Assembly: GCA_014729025.1 (NCBI GenBank)
Contig: WJKP01000011.1
Span: 6,500 to 70,499 of the forward strand
DNA: 64,000 bases
Origin: Candidatus Buchananbacteria bacterium
GTDB lineage: Bacteria > Patescibacteriota > Patescibacteriia > CAIXNZ01
Direction: 5' to 3'
Under the pieces are notes generated by a model that searched no databases, was not told where the DNA came from, and worked only from the letters and a program-made list of their open reading frames with translations. Numbering within the stretch: position 1 is the first letter of the stretch; each line of letters begins with the position of its first letter. Shown here piece by piece: positions 39,392 through 46,671 of this stretch. The translations under genes were made by a program, and so were the position numbers.

Positions 39392-39535
39392 TTTACTTAT
39401 TTTTTGTCTAAAATAATAATAAATTTTTAGTATATTATTTTTTTAAAATAATATAATTAGGTTTAGTAAATTTAGTTTAAATTTTTGATTAAATATGGTA
39501 TAATTTGAACTATAATAGAGTTAAATTTAAATCAA

Positions 39536-40066
39536 ATGCCGGATGTTAATAAAAAACAAGAACAACCTGATAATCAGGAAACTTTAAATCAGCCGGAGAA
39601 AAAAGAAGAAGCCCCGGCTCGTATTGAAGTTGAGAAAAAAGTTGAAGCCGAAAAACCAGGTGAAACTGTTGAAGTCAAGGAAATCGAAGAAGAAAAAGAA
39701 GTGCCGAGCATGACTGTACCGACTACAGCTGAACCGATTAAGCCACAAGCTCCCAGTCCTGCTTTGGAAAAAATTGAAGATATTTTGGAAGAAGATTTAG
39801 AAGAAATTTATTTTAAAATGACGCCAGAAAAACAAGCCAGGTTTAAACAAACCGGCGAGGTAACAGCTTCCAAAATCGTCACACTTTTAGGAGAAACAAA
39901 AATTAAAGTAAAAAAAATATTAGAATTGATTAAAGAATGGTTAAAAATAATACCAGGCATTAATAAATTTTTTTTAGAACAAGAAGCTAAAATTAAAACT
40001 GATAAAATTTTAGATATAAAAGAAGAGCGCAAATCAGTTTTGCCTGAAGACGAAAATAAAATTTAA
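39536..40066 (+). CDS. Hypothetical acidic/Lys-rich protein
   Basis: ORF only. Upstream extended -10 'tggtataat'. Confidence 0.4.
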   Translation: MPDVNKKQEQPDNQETLNQPEKKEEAPARIEVEKKVEAEKPGETVEVKEIEEEKEVPSMTVPTTAEPIKPQAPSPALEKIEDILEEDLEEIYFKMTPEKQARFKQTGEVTASKIVTLLGETKIKVKKILELIKEWLKIIPGINKFFLEQEAKIKTDKILDIKEERKSVLPEDENKI

Positions 40067-40068
40067 AA

Positions 40069-42669
40069 ATGGGGAATTTTTCTATTCAATTAGGTGAGTC
40101 TATTGTTTTAGGTCCCGAAGCTTTAATTATCGGCGGCTTGGTTTTATTTTTTATTATTTTAGCCTTAGTTGTTTTATATTGGTTATCACAAAAAATAACC
40201 CGACGTATTTATAAAAATCTAACAAGTTTTAAACAAACCGTTTTATTGGTAATGGTGCCCAAATACGAAGTTAGTGAGAGCGGGGAGAAAACCGGTCAGC
40301 CCAAGAGTCAGCAGGAGTTAGCTGAACGGGTTGCGATTATGGAGACTTTTTTTGCCAATTTGGCTGGGCTAAAAGCGCAAAAAGGTTTTAAATCCTCATT
40401 TTTGGGCCGAACCGATCATATCTCATTTGAAATAGTTTTGCGAGACGGTTTGATTTATTTTTACGTGGTTGTGCCGGAAACTTTAAGGGATTTTATTGAA
40501 GAACAGATTACTGCCCAGTTTCCCAAAGCAGTAGTTGAAGAAGTGGAAGATTATAATATTTTTAATCCCAAAGGCACTGTTTTGGGGTCTATGCTTAAAT
40601 TTAAAAAAGAATATATTTATCCTATTAAAACATATAAGAAATTAGAAGCTGATTCCTTGAATTCTTTGACCAATACATTAAGTAAATTAGATGAAAATTC
40701 AGGCGCGGCTATTCAGGTGATTGTTCGTTCAGCTACCCCGGCCTGGCATAAATGGGGCCAGCAAGCAGCTTCAGCCGCTTATCAGGGGAAAAAGATTAGT
40801 CAAGCTGTCAGTGAATCAAGTCAAGGGTTTTCTCTTAAAAAAATATCTAATTTTTTTCAGGATTGGGTAGGTACCGGTGAGAAAAAAAATGAAAAGCAAG
40901 AACCGGAAAAACCATATCAATTATCAGAGATGGAAAGGGAAATCGTCAAAGGTATAGAGGAAAAAGCAGCCAAAGGCGGTTTGGATGTTAATATCAGAAT
41001 AGTTGTTTCTGCTGATAATGAGTCAAAGGCTAAATCGTATTTGGAAAATATTTTAAATAGTTTTAGTCAGTTTAATATTTATGAATATGGTAATGCGTTT
41101 GCTCGTTATTCTTTAAAAAAAGAAAAATTGATCAGTGATTTTATTTTCAGGGAATTTAATGAAAAAGCTAAAATGATTATGAATACCGAAGAAATTACTT
41201 CGGTTTATCATTTTCCTTTAGGGCATACTGAAACCCCTAATATTGTCTGGTTGCAGGCTCAAAATGCGGCTGCTCCGACCAATGTTCCCGTGGAAGGTTT
41301 ATATTTGGGTGATAATTTTTATCGGGGCCAAAAAACACCGATTAGAATTAAAAAAGAGGATAGACGTCGACATATGTATATTATTGGTATGACCGGTACT
41401 GGTAAATCTAAATGGATGGATATGCTGGCGATTCAGGATATTCATAACGGTGAAGGTATGTGTTATATTGATCCGCATGGTGATGATGTTGATTTTATTT
41501 TATCTTGCGTGCCAAAAGAAAGAGCTGAAGATGTGGTAGTTTTTGATCCCTCTGACTTTGAAAGACCTTTGGCTTTGAACATGTTGGAATATAATCCGGC
41601 ACATCCTGAACAAAAGATTTTTGCGGTCAATGAAATGCTGGCTATTTTTGATAAATTATATGATTTAAAAGCAACCGGCGGTCCAATGTTTGAGCAATAT
41701 ATGAGAAATGCTTTACTTTTGATTATGGATGACCCTGAATCAGGCTCGACTTTATTGGAAATTTCCAAAGTTTTGGCCGATGAAGAATTTAGAAATTATA
41801 AATTATCAAAATGTAAAACTCCTGTAGTCAAAGATTTTTGGGAAAAAGAAGCGCAAAAAGCTGGTGGTGAAGCGGCTTTGGCCAATATAGTGCCTTATAT
41901 TACTTCTAAATTAACTCCGTTTATTGCCAATGATTTGATGCGTCCGATAGTTTCTCAGCAAAAAAGTTCCTTGAATTTCCGGGAAGCTATGGATCAGCAG
42001 AAAATAATTTTGGTTAAATTAGCCAAAGGTAAAATCGGTGATATTAACGCCAACTTGCTAGGCATGATAATTATCGGTAAGATATTAATGGCAGCCTTGG
42101 GCCGGTCTGATACGCCGGAAAGTCAAAGAAAAGATTTTTATTTATATATTGATGAGTTTCAAAACTTTTTGACTGAAAGCATTAATGTTATTTTGGCTGA
42201 AGCTCGTAAATATCGTTTGTGTTTGACAATTGCACATCAATTTTTAGGCCAGCTGGTTTTGACTGGGGGTGATGAGAAAACCAAAAAAGCTATTTTTGGT
42301 AATGTTGGGACAAAAGCTTGTTTTCGTATCGGTGTAGAAGATGCCGAAGAAATGGCTAAAGAATTTGCACCGGTTTTTAATAGTTATGATTTAGTTAATA
42401 ATCCGGCGTTTAATGCTTTTATGAAATTAATGATTGATAATGCCAATCCGCCGGCTTTTAATATAAAAATTCCTTGGGTTGGTGATTTGTATCAATCAAA
42501 TGAAGAATTAAAAAAGGCGATTATTGAATTATCGCGTTTGAAGTATGGGCGTGACCGCAATGTAGTTGAAGCAGAAGTAATGGAAAGATCACAAATGGGT
42601 ACCAGTCGTAATATTATTAAAGAAGCCAAACAAACTGAAGATGAATCAGACGAAGATATGTTTTTTTAA
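40069..42669 (+). CDS. VirD4/TraD/TrwB-like type IV coupling-protein-type ATPase (membrane-anchored P-loop NTPase)
   Basis: N-terminal TM. Walker A 'IIGMTGTGKSKWM'. 'YIDPHGD' motif typical of the TrwB/TraD AAD-binding domain. Walker B 'LYIDEFQNF'. 866 aa. Confidence 0.7.
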   Translation: MGNFSIQLGESIVLGPEALIIGGLVLFFIILALVVLYWLSQKITRRIYKNLTSFKQTVLLVMVPKYEVSESGEKTGQPKSQQELAERVAIMETFFANLAGLKAQKGFKSSFLGRTDHISFEIVLRDGLIYFYVVVPETLRDFIEEQITAQFPKAVVEEVEDYNIFNPKGTVLGSMLKFKKEYIYPIKTYKKLEADSLNSLTNTLSKLDENSGAAIQVIVRSATPAWHKWGQQAASAAYQGKKISQAVSESSQGFSLKKISNFFQDWVGTGEKKNEKQEPEKPYQLSEMEREIVKGIEEKAAKGGLDVNIRIVVSADNESKAKSYLENILNSFSQFNIYEYGNAFARYSLKKEKLISDFIFREFNEKAKMIMNTEEITSVYHFPLGHTETPNIVWLQAQNAAAPTNVPVEGLYLGDNFYRGQKTPIRIKKEDRRRHMYIIGMTGTGKSKWMDMLAIQDIHNGEGMCYIDPHGDDVDFILSCVPKERAEDVVVFDPSDFERPLALNMLEYNPAHPEQKIFAVNEMLAIFDKLYDLKATGGPMFEQYMRNALLLIMDDPESGSTLLEISKVLADEEFRNYKLSKCKTPVVKDFWEKEAQKAGGEAALANIVPYITSKLTPFIANDLMRPIVSQQKSSLNFREAMDQQKIILVKLAKGKIGDINANLLGMIIIGKILMAALGRSDTPESQRKDFYLYIDEFQNFLTESINVILAEARKYRLCLTIAHQFLGQLVLTGGDEKTKKAIFGNVGTKACFRIGVEDAEEMAKEFAPVFNSYDLVNNPAFNAFMKLMIDNANPPAFNIKIPWVGDLYQSNEELKKAIIELSRLKYGRDRNVVEAEVMERSQMGTSRNIIKEAKQTEDESDEDMFF

Positions 42670-42700
42670 ATTTTTATAAAAATTAAAATAAACAAAAAAT

Positions 42701-43282
42701 ATGGAAAACAAAAATAAAAATGACAATATTAGTTTGTCACAAAGTAAATATTTATTGATTCAAAAGATTTTGAAAAATATCCATGATAATTTAGGTAAAG
42801 TGATTGATGTTTTGGAGCAAGGGCCGGAAGAAGTTGATGATTTTGAGCAAACATTAACCGGTATGTCTCAGCAATTGAAAAATGTTGAAGATGAATTGGC
42901 GCTGGCCGGTGAGGAGAGGGTTATTGAAGGTGTTTTTGACGGTGAAAAAATGATTGCCCAGGACGGGCAGGAATATACTGTGCCCGCCAATTATGCTTCA
43001 AAGTCAAAATTGGTTGAAGGTGATATTTTAAAGTTAACAATAACTAAACAGGGTGATTTTTTGTACAAACAAATCGGTCCTGTGCAGCGTAAAAAAGTTG
43101 TCGGCCAATTGATTTTAGCTGATGATGACAATTATTACGTTGTAGCTGATAAAAAGAAATGGAAACTATTACCGGCCAGCGTGACTTATTTTAAAGGTGA
43201 TATCGGTGATGAAGTGGTTATTTTGGTGCCAAAAGATGCACAAAGTAAATGGGCGGCAGTTGAGAATATTGTGAAGAAATAA
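42701..43282 (+). CDS. Hypothetical protein
   Basis: 193-aa ORF. No motif recognised. Confidence 0.4.
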   Translation: MENKNKNDNISLSQSKYLLIQKILKNIHDNLGKVIDVLEQGPEEVDDFEQTLTGMSQQLKNVEDELALAGEERVIEGVFDGEKMIAQDGQEYTVPANYASKSKLVEGDILKLTITKQGDFLYKQIGPVQRKKVVGQLILADDDNYYVVADKKKWKLLPASVTYFKGDIGDEVVILVPKDAQSKWAAVENIVKK

Positions 43283-43399
43283 ATATAGAATGTTTAAATA
43301 CAGGCGGCTTGGCCTTTTTAGGCCGAGCCGCCCTTTAATTTGAACCTTAAATTTTTTAATAACTTGATTTTCTGAATCATTTCAATTAAAATAGACTAT

Positions 43400-45169
43400 A
43401 TGTCACTAACACTTTATCGTAAATATCGTCCGCAAACATGGGCTGACCTGACAGGGCAGAATCATATTAAAGTTACTTTGCAGCATGAAATTGAAAACAA
43501 CAAGGTTGCTCACGCTTATCTTTTTACTGGACCACGTGGAGTTGGTAAAACAACCACTGCCCGGCTTTTAGCCAAATCTTTAAATTGTCAGGATCGTAAA
43601 GACGGACAAAGCGAGCCTTGTAATAAATGCGAGTCTTGTTTGGAATTGGCTGGCGGTAATGATTTGGATATTTTGGAAGTTGACGCTGCTTCACATACCG
43701 GAGTTGATAATGTTAGGGAAAATATTATTGCTAATGCCAGGTTTACACCGGTTAAACGTAAATATAAAGTTTTTATTATCGATGAAGTTCATATGTTGTC
43801 AATTTCAGCTTTTAATGCGTTACTGAAAATATTGGAGGAACCGCCTGCTCATGCCATTTTTATTTTAGCCACAACCGAAGTTCATAAAGTGCCGGCAACT
43901 ATTATTTCCCGCTGTCAGCGGTTTGATTTTAAAAAAGTTAATGCTGATGATTTGATTAAACGTTTAACCTGGATTTGTCAGCAAGAAGACCTTAAAATCA
44001 GTAAAAAAGTTTTAAATAATATTGCCAGAGTCAGTGAAGGTTGTTTGCGTGATGCCGAAAGTTTATTGGGCCAGATTTTATCTTTAGGTGAAAAAGAAAT
44101 CAGTGAAGAAGAAGCCAGTTTAATTATCCCGGCGTCTAATTTTAATTTAATAGTTGAATTGATTGATAATTTGGTGTATAAAAATGCTGAAAAATCTATT
44201 AGTTTAATTAATAACCTGGTGACCGAAGGTTCTGATTTGGTGCAGTTTACTGATGAATTGATTGAATTTTTACGTAAAATGATTTTAAGTAAAATTACAT
44301 CAGGATTACAGGAATTTGCCACTGATTTAGATGATGAACAATCAAAAAAAATAATTGATTTAGCACAAAAATTTACGACCGAAGAATTAATTAAGTTGAT
44401 CAATCTTTTTACTGCTAAAAAATTTGAATTAAAAACAGCGGTTATTAGCCAGCTGCCTTTGGAAATTGCAATAATTGAATATTGCCAAGAAAAAAAATCA
44501 AATAATCAGTCTGATGATTCAGCCAACAGTGATAAGGGAACGGTTGGTCAAACTAAACCAGATATTGATAATAAACAATCTTTTGATGAGCCGCAACCAG
44601 TAAAATCTGAAATTTCGCTTGATTCGGGCCAAAATAATAATAATCAAGTCAATGATCCGCCCGATCAAGTTTTGGCGGATAAGTCGCAGGGGAATTTAAA
44701 AAATGGTGATAAAAGCACCATTTTAAAAAATGAAAATTTAGGTAAAACATCTAAAAAAGCGACTAAAGTAAAAATTAAGTTGTCAGAAATTAGACAAAAA
44801 TGGCATAGTTTTATTGTGGAAATGCAAAAACATAATGCTTCCTTAGTTTTTATTTTAAAAGTTGCAGAACCATTAGAACTAAACAATAATATTTTAAAAA
44901 TAGGTTTTCAGTATGAGTTTCATCAGCAACGGATTAACCAGCCCAAAGTTAGGGAATGTTTGGAAAATATTTTAGCTGATTTTTTTAAAGATAATTTAGT
45001 TGTTGAGACTTGTTTATTAGCTAAAGATTATCAAAGTGATTTTATTAAAGCTCAGACAGCTCAGGATGACGTTGAATTGGTTGATGAATTACCAACTGAA
45101 GAAGATCAGCAGCAAAAAGAATTAATTGACAACTTGGTTAAAACTTTTAATGGTAAAATAGTTGAATAA
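43400..45169 (+). CDS. dnaX: DNA polymerase III subunit gamma/tau
   Basis: 'QTWADLTGQNHIK...AHAYLFTGPRGVGKTTTARLLAKSLNC'. Zn module 'CNKCESC'. 'IIDEVHMLS' sensor motifs. Confidence 0.9.
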   Translation: MSLTLYRKYRPQTWADLTGQNHIKVTLQHEIENNKVAHAYLFTGPRGVGKTTTARLLAKSLNCQDRKDGQSEPCNKCESCLELAGGNDLDILEVDAASHTGVDNVRENIIANARFTPVKRKYKVFIIDEVHMLSISAFNALLKILEEPPAHAIFILATTEVHKVPATIISRCQRFDFKKVNADDLIKRLTWICQQEDLKISKKVLNNIARVSEGCLRDAESLLGQILSLGEKEISEEEASLIIPASNFNLIVELIDNLVYKNAEKSISLINNLVTEGSDLVQFTDELIEFLRKMILSKITSGLQEFATDLDDEQSKKIIDLAQKFTTEELIKLINLFTAKKFELKTAVISQLPLEIAIIEYCQEKKSNNQSDDSANSDKGTVGQTKPDIDNKQSFDEPQPVKSEISLDSGQNNNNQVNDPPDQVLADKSQGNLKNGDKSTILKNENLGKTSKKATKVKIKLSEIRQKWHSFIVEMQKHNASLVFILKVAEPLELNNNILKIGFQYEFHQQRINQPKVRECLENILADFFKDNLVVETCLLAKDYQSDFIKAQTAQDDVELVDELPTEEDQQQKELIDNLVKTFNGKIVE

Positions 45170-45178
45170 TATTAGTAA

Positions 45179-45325
45179 TTAGGTATTAGTCACTAGGCAT
45201 TGGTAATTAGTAATTAGAAAATTTAAAATCCCGCCTCTGGCCTCGTATTTGGCAGCGGCGCGTTTCGCGGTTTTGGCTGCGTTCTCTTTTTTTCTCAGTC
45301 CTTTTGCGTTGCGATGCTTGGCCAT
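45179..45325 (-). CDS. Small basic protein (hypothetical; ribosomal-protein-like composition)
   Basis: Minus-strand ATG at 45325 preceded by GGAGGAA. 'MAKHRNAKGLRKKENAAKTAKRAAAKYEARGG...'. No confident family. Confidence 0.3.
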   Translation of the reverse strand: MAKHRNAKGLRKKENAAKTAKRAAAKYEARGGILNFLITNYQCLVTNT

Positions 45326-45412
45326 GGCTAGTTCCTCCTTTTTTCTCGCTCTTGATTTTTTGAACACAATACGGTAATATATCAGATATTCGATTTTCGT
45401 AAAACTTAGAAC

Positions 45413-45487
45413 TATGGCGGGCAGGCAAGTGGTATTTAAAATTTTTATATTCTTGGGGAGTAGCCAAGTGGTAAGGCACCAGGTTCT
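45413..45487 (+). repeat. Direct repeat copy 1: duplicated tRNA-Gln promoter plus 5' half (to anticodon loop)
   Basis: 75 bp nearly identical (1 mismatch) to 45820-45894. Contains 'TGGGGAGTAGCCAAGTGGTAAGGCACCAGGTTCT', then diverges into tandem hairpins 'tcagccaaaggctga'/'tcagcctccggctga' flanked by a 'ttct' direct repeat. Confidence 0.85.
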
Positions 45488-45546
45488 TCAGCCAAAGGCT
45501 GATCAGCCTCCGGCTGAGGTTCTGGCTTAAAATAAAAATTAGAATT

Positions 45547-45787
45547 ATGTTTAAAACGTACGTAATTAAGAGTTTAACTCATAATACTAGATATATTGGT
45601 TCTTGTGAGTATTTAAATAAGCGAATTAAAGAACATAATGATGGGAAGTGTAGATACAAAAAGTAGACGTCCATGGGAATTGATATATTTTGAAGAGTTT
45701 AAAACTAGAACTGAAGCAATGAAAAGAGAGGATTTTTTGAAATCTGGTCAAGGCAGAAAATGGTTGGATGAGAAATTCAAAAAATAA
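45547..45787 (+). pseudogene. Small GIY-YIG nuclease family gene (UPF0213/YhbQ-like), frameshifted in an A5 run
   Basis: Frame 1: 'MFKTYVIKSLTHNTRYIGSCEYLNKRIKEHNDGKCRYKK*'. Frame +1 from 45656: 'TKSRRPWELIYFEEFKTRTEAMKREDFLKSGQGRKWLDEKFKK*'. Together these give a complete 80-aa GIY-YIG domain. The shift lies in aaaaa at 45658-45662. Confidence 0.75.
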
Positions 45788-45819
45788 ATAATGGGGAGTC
45801 GCCTCGCCTCCGCTAAAGT

Positions 45820-45894
45820 TATGGCGGGCAGGCAAGTGGTATTTAAAATTTTTATATTCTTGGGGAGTCGCCAAGTGGTAAGGCACCAGGTTCT
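45820..45894 (+). repeat. Direct repeat copy 2 (native tRNA-Gln promoter plus 5' half)
   Basis: See copy 1. An additional 12-nt fragment 'TGGGGAGTCGCC' (tRNA 5' end) occurs again at 45792-45803. Confidence 0.85.
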
Positions 45895-45935
45895 GGTCCT
45901 GGCATTCGCGGGTTCGAATCCTGCCTCCCCAGCCA
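45861..45935 (+). tRNA. tRNA-Gln (anticodon CUG), CCA encoded
   Basis: 75 nt. Acceptor TGGGGAG/CTCCCCA (U1-A72, as in bacterial tRNA-Gln). D-arm GCC-AAGTGGTAA-GGC. Anticodon stem CCAGG/CCTGG with loop TTCTGGT. T-arm GCGGG-TTCGAAT-CCTGC. Discriminator G, then CCA. Confidence 0.9.
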
Positions 45936-45954
45936 CAAGAACTTTTTATCGAGG

Positions 45955-45978
45955 AAGACCCGAGTGGGTCTTTTTTGA
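45955..45978 (+). terminator. Rho-independent terminator after tRNA-Gln
   Basis: AAGACCC-GAGT-GGGTCTT followed by TTTTTT. Confidence 0.75.
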
Positions 45979-46073
45979 TTTTTATTCAAATTGACTCTAA
46001 GCTATAATAAGGGTAAAATATAAGTAATTTAAGTAGCCCCAAAGGGGCCCCTTCGGGGCTAAAATTAAAATTT

Positions 46074-46652
46074 ATGAAAAAATTAACTCTTTTATTCTGT
46101 GCTTTATTAATTACTGTAATTTTTAGTGGTTGTACTAAAAAAGTGGAGCAAACCGAAGAAGGGACAAAAATAACAGAAGATAAAATCGTTACTGATGATG
46201 TAAGTTATGTAACCGACGATACAGAGGTCACCATACGAAGAAATAAGGTTACGAAACAAGCTTCTATTGAAATGGTATATAAAATAGCTGATGAGGATGA
46301 GTATGATGATTTTATGGGTGAACAAATGACTATGGTTCCGTTTTTAGTTAATACATCTTGTTCATTATTCACTACAGCGATTTTTGACCCAGATGCTTTT
46401 GCTGAATGGGAAGAAGATGAACAAGCTCAAAAGGATGATCAAATGGATAGTTATTTGGAAGGCTATAATACAAATAAAATTACAATAAAATTTGTTGACG
46501 CTGAAACGAATGATAAAATTGCTAATTGTGAATCAACTAAAGCTGGATTAGAAAATATTAAATTTGATATATTCAAGGACTATAGCGATGTTTCATCTCT
46601 TTTTGGGATTAAAATCGGTGAATACGATGATGAAGAATCCTCTCAAGAATAA
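46074..46652 (+). CDS. Lipoprotein (hypothetical)
   Basis: Signal peptide with lipobox 'IFSGC'. Acidic mature domain. Confidence 0.5.
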   Translation: MKKLTLLFCALLITVIFSGCTKKVEQTEEGTKITEDKIVTDDVSYVTDDTEVTIRRNKVTKQASIEMVYKIADEDEYDDFMGEQMTMVPFLVNTSCSLFTTAIFDPDAFAEWEEDEQAQKDDQMDSYLEGYNTNKITIKFVDAETNDKIANCESTKAGLENIKFDIFKDYSDVSSLFGIKIGEYDDEESSQE

Positions 46653-46671
46653 TTAGTTTAAATAATTTTTT

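Noticed and set aside
45207-45886. Two minus-strand ORFs (45207-45479 and 45626-45886) both beginning MPYHLATPQEYKNFKYHLPARH
   Set aside because: Their shared N-termini are simply antisense translations of the 75-bp direct repeat (tRNA-Gln promoter plus 5' half). They overlap the tRNA and the GIY-YIG gene. Not genes.
45454-45935. Group I/II intron interrupting tRNA-Gln in the anticodon loop
   Set aside because: The downstream tRNA-Gln is complete and uninterrupted. The upstream piece is a duplicated 5' half with its own promoter copy, not an exon. No intron core structures or RT/maturase are present.
45791-45994. 67-aa plus-strand ORF overlapping tRNA-Gln
   Set aside because: Overlaps a confidently folded tRNA and its terminator.
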